From IMG/VR virus record IMGVR_UViG_3300032226_000683, positions 4,568-68,567 of that record: a stretch of 64,000 bases of DNA. The stretch is one strand, 5' to 3'. The notes under the pieces are model-generated. The model did not search any database. It was not told the origin of the DNA and worked only from the letters and a program-made list of their open reading frames with translations. The position numbers and the translations under genes are program-made. This DNA comes from a virus (Duplodnaviria > Caudoviricetes). This document shows positions 45,750-54,165 of the stretch, piece by piece; the stretch's first letter is position 1, and the number at the start of each line of letters is the position of its first letter.

Positions 45750-46072
45750 GATAGGGTGGGGGTATGAAACAGTGGTGCAATTGATCTATGTGTTTGTGTG
45801 TCAAGGATTCATAGCTTCTAGGGTGGTAGGGTGGGGGGTGTAGGGGTGGTTTTGAACTCGTTGTTCCTACAGCTTTGTGTGTGCGGCGTGTGTGTGCAAA
45901 CAACCGGAACGAGTTGGGATACCCCCACCCAGTGGGACCACCCCCACCCTCTCTTTCTTTATATTTATATATATTAATAATAAACATATACTTACACAAG
46001 GACCCAAGGTTCAAAATTTGGGTGGGGGTACCTATTTTTGACCCCCCACCCTGGGCGACACCCCCACCCTAA
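45750..46072. repeat. GGGTGGGGG / CCCCCACCC iteron cluster flanking an AT-rich tract; candidate replication origin
   Basis: Copies near 45753, 45828, 45921, 45940, 46020, 46041 and 46060 in both orientations; AT-rich tract about 45955-45990. Confidence 0.6.
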
Positions 46073-46089
46073 CTGTAGCCCTTTGGGGA

Positions 46090-46123
46090 TAAAACAAGGG
46101 CCAGTCCATTGCTGAACTGGCCC
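46090..46123 (-). terminator. Intrinsic terminator of 46157..46849
   Basis: GGGCCAGT-loop-ACTGGCCC followed by TTGTTTTAT on the minus strand. Confidence 0.7.
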
Positions 46124-46156
46124 TAGACCGTTTAACCGGGTTTTAAAAGACTTTGG

Positions 46157-46849
46157 TTAGGCGTATTCAACAGTCATGTTAACCAGATTCACGTGTGCCT
46201 CGACAAAGGTTTCATGAGTCTTTTGATCGTATGATGTCGCGGTAGTATATCTGAGAATATTTGGCCTTGCGGCTGGCTCCGATTTTCCAAAAATACTCCC
46301 ATAAATTCCGTCAACGGTGGCATTGAGAGATGTAATATTTCCAGAAACCATCGAAGTTGCGCTTGTAAACGACATATAGTAGAAGCCAGGACCAACATCA
46401 ATATTTGAAGCCAACGCAGTTTCGATTACAGTATTCGCCAATGTACCAGTAGTCGTCAGAGCTTCACCAAGAAAATCAGCTGGCTTTCCATCCGCACCCA
46501 CTGCCCAGAGAGCTAATTGTACATTATGAGAAGAAGACGGCGCAGTCGATGCGGTTTTAAACGCGAATTTGTTTAAGCTTCCAATTGCCGGGAGATAGAT
46601 TAATGAGAATCTCCGGTCTCCAGCTACTGGCCCCGTGGTGCTACCGTCCGCACCAGGACAGAAGACACCGACCGGGTTCGAAGGTTTATATTGCGGCAAG
46701 ATCAATGCTATGGATCCGGCACCAATAGGAGCCGCTCCAATATCCTGCGGCCTCATGTCGTTGATAATCGTGTCGTCAAATACACGTCTGATTTGAGCCG
46801 CTAAAACCCGATCTACAGTTCCTACGCTTACTGAAAAGTTGTCAGCCAT
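46157..46849 (-). CDS. Stand-alone chimeric protein: decoration-type N-terminus plus tail-fibre tip domain
   Basis: N-terminus matches 25703..26005; remainder matches the C-terminus of 21029..22915; own promoter (TTGACT-16-TAGAGT) and terminator. Confidence 0.8.
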   Translation of the reverse strand: MADNFSVSVGTVDRVLAAQIRRVFDDTIINDMRPQDIGAAPIGAGSIALILPQYKPSNPVGVFCPGADGSTTGPVAGDRRFSLIYLPAIGSLNKFAFKTASTAPSSSHNVQLALWAVGADGKPADFLGEALTTTGTLANTVIETALASNIDVGPGFYYMSFTSATSMVSGNITSLNATVDGIYGSIFGKSEPAARPNILRYTTATSYDQKTHETFVEAHVNLVNMTVEYA

Positions 46850-47031
46850 CTCATTACTCTATGAATTCATTTTATGAAGTCAACCCTTTTTCCATATCAA
46901 ACAGTCTTTATCTAGATCAATAGATTTGTTCATGCAGAACTGGTAGAACTTCCAGGACCAAGGATCCCAACCGAACCAAGGAAGCCTAGATGCAATGTCT
47001 CCTAACCAGTAGAACAAGTAGCAAAGGGCTC

Positions 47032-47736
47032 TCATGACTTCGCCTTAACCAATGAAACCATTTCCTCGTATTTATCTGCCATTGTTTTCTGGAAACCGCA
47101 AAAATGAAATAATTGCTTGGATAAGTCAAATGGACTGTACCCAGCAAATAATTGCGACCTATCAGATATATCGTAACTTTTGCTCAAATCAAAATCCGTC
47201 GCAAGACACATACCGTAATTAAAGGAAGTCTGTTCCAACATAGCGTCTTCTATTAGGTTGTGTTGTATATGCGGCTCAAATAGCTTTCTAATGCTACCGG
47301 TAAATTTTATATGCCTGAACCCAAATGTACCAGCATTTATCCCTTTTAGCATAAAAAACTTTAATCTATCTGAGTTTGGCGCCCGCTTGTAATTAAACCA
47401 TGAGCCACTCATACTTTCTCTTGGCTCGTATATAGTAGTGAATTCTTTGTTCGGATCGATTAGGTTCATCGGGTTGCCGAAGCAAACAATGTCTGGATCC
47501 AGAAACAAGTAGTAGTCATACCCTTTGGGAATAAGTTTTGAGTATTTGAGGAAACCACCGTATACGTAGTCCCGCGGATCTACGATAACTTTGTGGCTAA
47601 ATCCTTCCGGGCCCGACTTGTTGGATATCACACAGAAGTCGACGCCGTCCGGTAAGGTCATGTTCGCAGCCAAAAGATTGATACACTTGTGCGAGTCATC
47701 GTTAAAATCAGTTGCAGTGTAGACCAGAACTTTCAC
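47032..47736 (-). CDS. Glycosyltransferase (GT-A fold)
   Basis: YLFLDPDI DxD motif, INAG, EQ, FHFCG; promoter TTGACT-16-TACAAT 7 nt upstream. Confidence 0.7.
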   Translation of the reverse strand: MKVLVYTATDFNDDSHKCINLLAANMTLPDGVDFCVISNKSGPEGFSHKVIVDPRDYVYGGFLKYSKLIPKGYDYYLFLDPDIVCFGNPMNLIDPNKEFTTIYEPRESMSGSWFNYKRAPNSDRLKFFMLKGINAGTFGFRHIKFTGSIRKLFEPHIQHNLIEDAMLEQTSFNYGMCLATDFDLSKSYDISDRSQLFAGYSPFDLSKQLFHFCGFQKTMADKYEEMVSLVKAKS

Positions 47737-47792
47737 CCGGGCGATTGTATTTAACCCTTTACAAAAGTCAAAGTATTTGAGACACTCTGCGG

Positions 47793-47882
47793 ATGCTATG
47801 GGGATTCTTTCTTGGGTTGTTTGTCTATTGGATCTATCATCAAAGCCGTAGACGGTGCGGTTGGTGCAGGAGGAAACTATGA
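47793..47882 (+). CDS. 29-aa membrane peptide (not in the ORF track)
   Basis: MLWGFFLGLFVYWIYHQSRRRCGWCRRKL; TTTACA-17-GACACT 6 nt upstream; ATGA overlap with the next gene. Confidence 0.45.
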   Translation: MLWGFFLGLFVYWIYHQSRRRCGWCRRKL

Positions 47883-48061
47883 AATCAGCAGGAATTACCT
47901 TCAGACTGTTCGGCTACATCTTTAACTTCCAGGTCAATCTTTATCGATCCGCGCACCAAGCCCCCGTGTTCCATTACGGTTCGATGTCAAACTTTGGTAA
48001 GTGGAAAGTTCCCCCCGCGGGGATAAGCAACGAGTACAAGCCAAAAAGAAAACGCCGATAA
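47879..48061 (+). CDS. Hypothetical protein
   Basis: AGGAGG SD; TAATG overlap with the next gene. Confidence 0.5.
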   Translation: MKSAGITFRLFGYIFNFQVNLYRSAHQAPVFHYGSMSNFGKWKVPPAGISNEYKPKRKRR

Positions 48062-48693
48062 TGTCTACCCTTAACGAAAACATCCCCAGCTTCAAAGCGA
48101 TGGTCAGAAAGTCCTTCTTCACGAAAGACGAAACAGATAAGAACGAGTTCTACAACGTATACGTGTTTGCCTTGCAGTCTTACCCCGGGACGATCCTCAC
48201 CTTCCACGTCATGACCGATTCAGGGATGCTTCGAAGCCGAGTTCCCATTTCTGAGATCTACACGGACGAACCTACCGACGACATTCCGTTTAATTATAAA
48301 CAGCTTTGGGATTGTTTTTCAGAGAACGTGACCGTCAGCGAATACAGCTTTCTCGGTTACCACCGAGCCCAGATTGTTTTGAGGGACGGATCTAAGGTGT
48401 GGGGCACCTACCTATTTACGGTTGACTGGTTTAACAACCCCTACTCGGACGAACCTTCCGATTACAAATGCGGCCACGTATTCGCCGCGGACGACGGGTA
48501 TTTGCTTTGCATGCCTAATAATCGAATCTTCTGGAGAGACTCTAACTGGGTCACCAAGAAGCTTCCTGAGAACCTCAAGCAATTTAAGGTAGACACCGAG
48601 CTGCCTTCTGTGGAGAATCAGTCCGACAGATGGGTGACGGAGGATACGGATTCCTTCTATTACGACATCCATAAAAGAGAAGAGTCAACATAA
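48061..48693 (+). CDS. Conserved aquatic-phage hypothetical protein
   Basis: LNENIP, QLWDCFS, YLFTVDW and PNNRIFW motifs recalled from aquatic phages. Confidence 0.65.
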   Translation: MSTLNENIPSFKAMVRKSFFTKDETDKNEFYNVYVFALQSYPGTILTFHVMTDSGMLRSRVPISEIYTDEPTDDIPFNYKQLWDCFSENVTVSEYSFLGYHRAQIVLRDGSKVWGTYLFTVDWFNNPYSDEPSDYKCGHVFAADDGYLLCMPNNRIFWRDSNWVTKKLPENLKQFKVDTELPSVENQSDRWVTEDTDSFYYDIHKREEST

Positions 48694-48704
48694 AGGAGAC
48701 ACAT

Positions 48705-49505
48705 ATGAGTAAGAAAGTTAAGGTTCGCGAGACGAAGGGCATTGTTGTGGCTACCCCAGCCTATGGCGGTCAGCTCACAGTGAGCTACGTAAACTCTCTT
48801 CTCCGATCTCAGGTTCTATTTCAACAGTATGGGATTCAATTTCACGTTATGTTTTTGTGCAACCACTCCCTTATTACAATGGCTCGCAATAGGATCGTTG
48901 CTCAGATATTTAGAAACGATAAACACGACTGGGATAGCATTGTTTGGATCGATGCCGACATTTCTTGGGAGCCCGAAGATCTCCTCAAGTTGTGCTTGCA
49001 TGACGAAGACGTCGTTTGCGGAACTTATCGAAAGAAAATTCATGAAGCCTGTCACTTCACGATGAAACTTATAGCCGGAAAAGAAGAACCAGATGAACGT
49101 GGACTTATTGAAGTTGAGGCCACGGGCACTGGATTCCTTCGGGTATCCCGCAAGGCTATGGAAGATCTTTTGTCTAATGAAAAAGTTGCGTATACCGAAA
49201 AGGTTACCCAGGTTGAATTCGCAAACTCCAATATGGAAATTAAGAATCTATTTGAGTCTGGGATTAAGAATGGGGAAATGCTTTCTGAAGATTTCTTCTT
49301 TTGCGCCAAGCTTCGCGATCATGGTTATAAGATAATGCTCGATACCAAGATTGATTTAGGTCACGACGGGGGCTTTACTTATCGCGGAAGCATGTCCCAT
49401 TACTTAAACTTCCTCAAAGAGGAAAAAGCCAAAACAGAGTCTCCCTACCTGGACTTTCTTAAAGATCAAAAAGACAAGGCCGATGCTAAAGACAAAGTGG
49501 ATTGA
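48705..49505 (+). CDS. Glycosyltransferase (GT2-like)
   Basis: ATPAYGG, SLITMARN, WIDADI, GTGFLRV, SEDFFFC. Confidence 0.8.
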   Translation: MSKKVKVRETKGIVVATPAYGGQLTVSYVNSLLRSQVLFQQYGIQFHVMFLCNHSLITMARNRIVAQIFRNDKHDWDSIVWIDADISWEPEDLLKLCLHDEDVVCGTYRKKIHEACHFTMKLIAGKEEPDERGLIEVEATGTGFLRVSRKAMEDLLSNEKVAYTEKVTQVEFANSNMEIKNLFESGIKNGEMLSEDFFFCAKLRDHGYKIMLDTKIDLGHDGGFTYRGSMSHYLNFLKEEKAKTESPYLDFLKDQKDKADAKDKVD

Positions 49506-49896
49506 TCTAGCCATGCGGCTGGCAGATGCCGCGGCAAAGACAAGTCAGGATCAATTTGTTCGAGTTGGCGCAGCAGTCCTTCGACAAGATGGATCGGTCT
49601 GCGGCATTGGATACAACGGATATCCCCCGGGCTTTGACCTGATAGCAAACGAATCTCACGACCGTGATTACCGTCGGGACTTTATGGTCCATGCCGAGAC
49701 CAACGCCCTGGCATACAGTCGACCTGGCGAGCCACACCTTTTGGCCGTGACTTATCCGCCTTGCAAAGCTTGCGTTTTGGAAGCCGTCCGATATGGCGTC
49801 AAATACATTGCTTACCGCGAGAACAAGGGTCGCGACATCTTTCCGTCTGACTATTTGGCGGCTCGACTTGGCGTTACCCTGATCGCCGAAAAATAA
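49483..49896 (+). CDS. dCMP deaminase
   Basis: GYNG, HAETNA, PCKAC. Confidence 0.9.
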   Translation: MLKTKWIDLAMRLADAAAKTSQDQFVRVGAAVLRQDGSVCGIGYNGYPPGFDLIANESHDRDYRRDFMVHAETNALAYSRPGEPHLLAVTYPPCKACVLEAVRYGVKYIAYRENKGRDIFPSDYLAARLGVTLIAEK

Positions 49897-49899
49897 AAT

Positions 49900-50020
49900 A
49901 AATTTTTAAAGTATATATACCCATATTGGGGCTGGCTGGGAGGGGGGTGGGGGGTAGGGTGCGTATAGGGGTTGTCCCGCAAACCCAAACCCCCATAAGG
50001 GGGAGGGGGAGGGGGGAAAC
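49900..50020. other. AT-tract plus G-tract region; candidate genome terminus/packaging site and early promoter
   Basis: Multiple G3-G6 runs, near terS, at the boundary of the small-gene region. Confidence 0.45.
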
Positions 50021-50038
50021 CAAAAAGGAAACATAACA

Positions 50039-50464
50039 ATGGAAACATCAATCGTAACTCAATCAGCAATCGAAATCAAAGCGAAACGCACAGCCAAGAG
50101 TGGCCGAATCCTCAAAGCGGTATTCGGCAACTGGAACGGCGAAGCCTTGGTCACTGAAGCAGGGAGACTCGCATCCCGAAAGGACTTCGGCATCGTGACG
50201 GAAACCAAGGGAGTGCAACTCGCCTCCCGCTACGATGAAGCGGTCAATGCCTTCAACACCCTAGGCAAAGCCCGCCTCTCCTTTGAGTCCACCGAAATCG
50301 CATCGGGCAAGCGTGAGATGAAACGCATCTACACCAACCCCAAGACTGGTCGTACCATCTTGGAAACCGCCCCTGCGAATAAGGATGCCTCCCTCATTAA
50401 GACAATGAAGGAAGCAGGATGCACAGAAGCACAAATCGAGGCGGTACTAGCCAAGCGTAAATAA
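50039..50464 (+). CDS. Hypothetical early protein
   Basis: AAGGA SD; followed by a strong terminator. Confidence 0.7.
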   Translation: METSIVTQSAIEIKAKRTAKSGRILKAVFGNWNGEALVTEAGRLASRKDFGIVTETKGVQLASRYDEAVNAFNTLGKARLSFESTEIASGKREMKRIYTNPKTGRTILETAPANKDASLIKTMKEAGCTEAQIEAVLAKRK

Positions 50465-50469
50465 CGCAA

Positions 50470-50513
50470 GAGGCGGAGGGGGGAGAGAAATCTCCCCCCT
50501 CCCCTTTTTATTT
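50470..50513 (+). terminator. Intrinsic terminator
   Basis: GGAGGGGGGAGA-GAAA-TCTCCCCCCTCC followed by CCTTTTTATTT. Confidence 0.85.
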
Positions 50514-50551
50514 CAAAGAATCCAAGAATCTAAGAATCTATGATACCAAGC

Positions 50552-51016
50552 TTAACCAGCTGCAATGTCGATGGCCTGCTTCATCGCATCATCGCTTCGA
50601 AGGACTGCCAAATTCACGATCGTTTTCCCGTTGCTTCCTTGATTCTGCGAAGCCAAGCCCAATGCAGGGCGAGCTATGCGATCAACTTTCTCCAAGACTT
50701 CGATATGATCTTTCAATTCCTTGCGGGTTCCAGGCATCTCGGATTCGAGGACGTCCAAACTATGGTCAACTTGATTAGCAATCCTGTTCAGATATCGAGC
50801 CTGCTTATCGACACTGTTCTGTATGATCGTGTCTGTTCTAACCTGTGCAATCTTCTCTGTTATCTGGTCCCTCTTTGTCACCCATTTGTACCGTCTTGCA
50901 CGGGCATCAAGGGTATTCAAGCTTATCCCGTACTGCGAAGCAATGAAGCTTCGAGTCTTGCCTCCAAGGAACTCTCGCTCAATGACTTTCCAATCGACAG
51001 CCAATGCTTTACCCAT
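50552..51016 (-). CDS. terS: Terminase small subunit (HTH)
   Basis: DWKVIEREFLGG...IASQYGIS..TL..RARRYKW; promoter TTGACC-17-TAAGCT 6 nt upstream. Confidence 0.7.
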   Translation of the reverse strand: MGKALAVDWKVIEREFLGGKTRSFIASQYGISLNTLDARARRYKWVTKRDQITEKIAQVRTDTIIQNSVDKQARYLNRIANQVDHSLDVLESEMPGTRKELKDHIEVLEKVDRIARPALGLASQNQGSNGKTIVNLAVLRSDDAMKQAIDIAAG

Positions 51017-51192
51017 AAGTCAAGCTTATACGACATCGTACATCAGGTCAACGAATCTTTGATTCAAGGAATCGTTGAGAGTACACCTTCCAACATCCAT
51101 CCCCCCTACCTATCGGGTCGTTCCCGTAGGGGGAGGGGAAGCTCGGAGCGTATAAGGAGTATGGAAGCAACCCTAACCCAAGGAGAAAACAA

Positions 51193-51678
51193 ATGAGTAA
51201 CACATACCTTCAAGACTTCGGTCTGCTACGCAAGCAGGCCAATGCACGGCAGGTCAACGACCCTATGTCTGGCAGTGAAAGATGGGAGGACTTGCAGATG
51301 GACTTGCGCAAGCCCCATATCCCACAGCCTCGGCGGGCCAACATGCCTGCCAACCGCAAGCTCACGATTGCTGGTGTAACCATCGATATCAAGAAGCCCG
51401 ATGCCAAGCTTACTACGAGTCTTGGCTTCGTCAGCGGTGGCTGTGCCAAGTATGCGTTGTCCAGTCCCAAGGCTATCAACTACCGCACTCGGTTGCAGGA
51501 CAGCCGATGCCAAGTCCGTGACCCCAAGGAGTCGGAGCTTTACTGCCCCTATGGTTCGGTGGCCGAGGCTATCCGTCGGTATGTCCGCAAGGCTAGGTTC
51601 TCCACCATTCCAAGCGTGGCTGACAAGTATCGCGAGAAGATCAGACTGCTCTGGCCAGCACGGAGGGTCGGGCGATGA
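51193..51678 (+). CDS. Basic hypothetical early protein
   Basis: AAGGAG SD. Confidence 0.65.
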   Translation: MSNTYLQDFGLLRKQANARQVNDPMSGSERWEDLQMDLRKPHIPQPRRANMPANRKLTIAGVTIDIKKPDAKLTTSLGFVSGGCAKYALSSPKAINYRTRLQDSRCQVRDPKESELYCPYGSVAEAIRRYVRKARFSTIPSVADKYREKIRLLWPARRVGR

Positions 51679-51926
51679 AGTGTGTCATCTGTGACGACCT
51701 TATCGAGGCCGAGCGTATCAACCTAGGCTTCTCCAAGTGCAAGGGCTGTGCGTTCCTGCACCCCGAAGAGAAGGTCAAAGGTGCGATGGTCTATCTGGAT
51801 AAGACTGGCGGGGCAATCAATGTGATGAGTCCCGAAAGCTTTGATAACTACAAACGAATTTCGCGCAGGGTCGGTCAGCGTTCGGCACTAAGGAATGTGC
51901 TGGACAATGGCGGTCGCTCGCAATAA
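51675..51926 (+). CDS. DksA/TraR-like C4 zinc-finger protein
   Basis: CVICDDLIEAER...CKGCA. Confidence 0.6.
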   Translation: MKCVICDDLIEAERINLGFSKCKGCAFLHPEEKVKGAMVYLDKTGGAINVMSPESFDNYKRISRRVGQRSALRNVLDNGGRSQ

Positions 51927-51946
51927 CCAAAAGGAGACACAAGACA

Positions 51947-52150
51947 ATGAGCAGAGAAATCGACGGCCAGACCCGCTGGAGCCCCGAGCAGTTCGGGGCT
52001 TTCGCCGCGGGCACAGCGGAAGGTGCAGACCCTGCCAAGACTGCCTGCCCTGTCTGCAAGGGCACGGGCTTGGATTGGAACAATGTATGGCCTAACGGCA
52101 TGGCCTCGCACTGCGAGGAATGCGATGGCTACGGGGAGGTAACCAAATGA
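51947..52150 (+). CDS. Small protein with DnaJ-type CxxCxGxG zinc finger
   Basis: CPVCKGTG...CEECDGYG. Confidence 0.65.
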   Translation: MSREIDGQTRWSPEQFGAFAAGTAEGADPAKTACPVCKGTGLDWNNVWPNGMASHCEECDGYGEVTK

Positions 52151-52443
52151 ACAAACGCGAAGACGCTCCCCTGTTTGATGTCCGCCAAGACCAGCTTGGT
52201 AAGATGCAGGACAAAGGCTTCTTCATCCGTTTCAATAACGGATACGAGGTCAGCGTCCAGTTCGGGACCTACAACTACAGCGACAACGGGCAGACCACGG
52301 CGGAGGTTGCCGTGTTCAACCCCGAAGGTGGCTTGGTCAAGTTGGGGGAACACGACGATGTTCTTGGGCGTGTTACTCCCGAGCGCGTGGCAGAGCTGAT
52401 CTACGAATACTCGCTGATCAAGAAAGAAGAGGTAACCAAATGA
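52147..52443 (+). CDS. Hypothetical phage protein
   Basis: FNNGYEVSV...TAEVAV; GAGGT SD and ATGA overlap. Confidence 0.65.
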   Translation: MNKREDAPLFDVRQDQLGKMQDKGFFIRFNNGYEVSVQFGTYNYSDNGQTTAEVAVFNPEGGLVKLGEHDDVLGRVTPERVAELIYEYSLIKKEEVTK

Positions 52444-52805
52444 GCGTGATACTACCAATCGATGCTTACATTCAACTCAACGGAGTCGAGTACTATGGCA
52501 AGGTTGTAAAAGACGGAACACGAAACCACCACCCTATGTCCGAGTATGTCGGCAAGCGTGTGTTTGATGTATCCAAGATTCAGTCAGACGAGTCATGGAC
52601 TCATTGGTATGTCTTCGAATCCGAGATGCCATTGCCCAACTTCTATGACTCTACGTTCATTCACTCGCTGGACTATGCCAGCTGGATGGATGTGGACAGG
52701 GATGACTGCGAAGCAGCGGGACAGATGTTCCGTCGCAGAGCTTACATCTCAAAGATGGGTCAGTGGAAGATGGTCATCACCCAAAGCGGAGGGCGTGACA
52801 TATGA
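52440..52805 (+). CDS. Hypothetical protein
   Basis: GAGGT SD and ATGA overlap. Confidence 0.6.
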   Translation: MSVILPIDAYIQLNGVEYYGKVVKDGTRNHHPMSEYVGKRVFDVSKIQSDESWTHWYVFESEMPLPNFYDSTFIHSLDYASWMDVDRDDCEAAGQMFRRRAYISKMGQWKMVITQSGGRDI

Positions 52806-53086
52806 GAGGTAGGTCTATCGACCCCAAGTATGTCATGACCAATGCAGTCCAAGCTCACTATGGGCGAAGGCTGACTAGGAAAGACTGGGAAAGGAACGTC
52901 AAGATGGCCAGACGCACGAGCCGAACTACCATCGCGCTCAAGCGGAGCCAAGGCTTGGAGTATCAGTATGCCTTGACCGACATCCATCGGGCAATCATCA
53001 AGAAAGCTATGATGACCCCCGACCAAGCGTATCAGAAGAACAAGGTAACCAAACAGCATGGGCTGGCTTGGGTTCTGTGCGGATGA
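52802..53086 (+). CDS. Basic hypothetical protein
   Basis: ATGA overlap. Confidence 0.55.
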   Translation: MRGRSIDPKYVMTNAVQAHYGRRLTRKDWERNVKMARRTSRTTIALKRSQGLEYQYALTDIHRAIIKKAMMTPDQAYQKNKVTKQHGLAWVLCG

Positions 53087-53169
53087 GTGTCGAGCGAATT
53101 AAGTTGTGGATTTGGCTGGCTTGCCAGACTCCATCACCCAAACTTTGGCACGGAAACAACTAGGCGGAT

Positions 53170-53227
53170 AGACAGAGTGCCCCCCTAACACGGGGGCACA
53201 AGTCTGGCCGATAGGCTGGAAACAAAA
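53170..53227 (+). ncRNA. Repeated structured intergenic element, copy 1
   Basis: AGAC-N3-stem/7-nt loop-N2-GTCT overlapping TCTGGCC-GATA-GGCTGGA-AACAAA. Confidence 0.5.
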
Positions 53228-53257
53228 GTAACACTAACCAAGAAAGAATCAGTAAAT

Positions 53258-53491
53258 ATGAAACTGAATAACGAAGGTAAGATAGTCATTGAAGTGAAAC
53301 ACGGCGTGTCATCGGACGGGAGTCTGAACGGCCGTTATTATATGGCCAGCATTGATGGCTGGACTGGTGAGGGCTTGACCGAAGCGGACGCGGTGCGCGA
53401 TGTGCACCAAACCCGTGCGGAAGCTTTGACCAAGCTTCACCACAACAACCGCGTGTTTGGAACGCGCCTAAACTTCGAGGTGGTCTCGTGA
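53258..53491 (+). CDS. Hypothetical protein
   Basis: ORF after the structured element; GTGA overlap with the next gene. Confidence 0.55.
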   Translation: MKLNNEGKIVIEVKHGVSSDGSLNGRYYMASIDGWTGEGLTEADAVRDVHQTRAEALTKLHHNNRVFGTRLNFEVVS

Positions 53492-53628
53492 GTTGGGCAG
53501 AGTTCTTTGAGGTGATGACAATCATCATCCAACTCGTGTGTGCGTTTCTGGTAATCCCCGCCTGTGTTGTAGCAGGCGTGATTCTCATCAACCGCCTTCT
53601 CAAGATGGCCGCGGAGGAACTCTCTTGA
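53488..53628 (+). CDS. 46-aa membrane protein (not in the ORF track)
   Basis: MSWAEFFEVMTIIIQLVCAFLVIPACVVAGVIL...; overlaps both neighbours by 4 nt. Confidence 0.5.
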   Translation: MSWAEFFEVMTIIIQLVCAFLVIPACVVAGVILINRLLKMAAEELS

Positions 53629-53978
53629 AAGCTGGGGACAAGCTATGGGTTGATGCCCAAATGATTGAGATCTTGAAAGGTCACAATCTTGGGCGGAAGT
53701 TCCGCTTGAACACTGGCGTGGTCGAGGTGGCTGGTGACATCTACACCGATGACACGATGGTGCCGAAGGAACTGAATGTAAAAGTCGGTGATGCCCGCTG
53801 GGTCAGCTTGCCTTTGGGTGAGCTGGAACGTCCGTGGCGTTTCCCAACCTTCCGCCGTTTGCTTGCGGTTATCCGCTCGTGGACTGGTGACTGGTTGTTC
53901 CGTGCTCGCAAGAAAGAGCAGGGAATCGACATCGAAGAAACAATCAACAATGAGGAGAACGACAATGATCAAAGTTAA
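53625..53978 (+). CDS. Hypothetical protein
   Basis: GGAGG SD, TTGA overlap. Confidence 0.55.
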   Translation: MKAGDKLWVDAQMIEILKGHNLGRKFRLNTGVVEVAGDIYTDDTMVPKELNVKVGDARWVSLPLGELERPWRFPTFRRLLAVIRSWTGDWLFRARKKEQGIDIEETINNEENDNDQS

Positions 53979-54165
53979 GCTTGGTTGGGAGTGGATGCGT
54001 TGCGGATTCTTTATAAATCGATTCTATTCGAATCGGTTCGAAAAAGTAATGGTTGCAAGCTTGCAGTTCAAGCCTCTCGGGTTTGAATTATATCCTTCAA
54101 CCGAATCGGTAATCATTTACGTGGAGCTTGTCATCGGTTCGCTGATGATCAAGTTGAGCAAATGA
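53965..54165 (+). CDS. Hypothetical protein
   Basis: GAGGAG SD. Confidence 0.45.
   Translation: MIKVKLGWEWMRCGFFINRFYSNRFEKVMVASLQFKPLGFELYPSTESVIIYVELVIGSLMIKLSK

Noticed and set aside
45649-46072. ORFs 45649..46014 and 45875..46072
   Set aside because: Low-complexity translations of the iteron/AT-rich non-coding region
45750-46072. CRISPR array
   Set aside because: Repeats are only 9-11 bp, in both orientations and irregularly spaced; the Cas4-like gene is a typical phage replication exonuclease
21029-46849. Diversity-generating retroelement (TR/VR) explanation for the duplicated fibre tip
   Set aside because: No reverse transcriptase in the window; differences are at all bases and mostly synonymous, not adenine-specific
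50540-51196. 218-aa plus-strand ORF
   Set aside because: Antisense to the terS-like gene, which has recognisable motifs and a promoter
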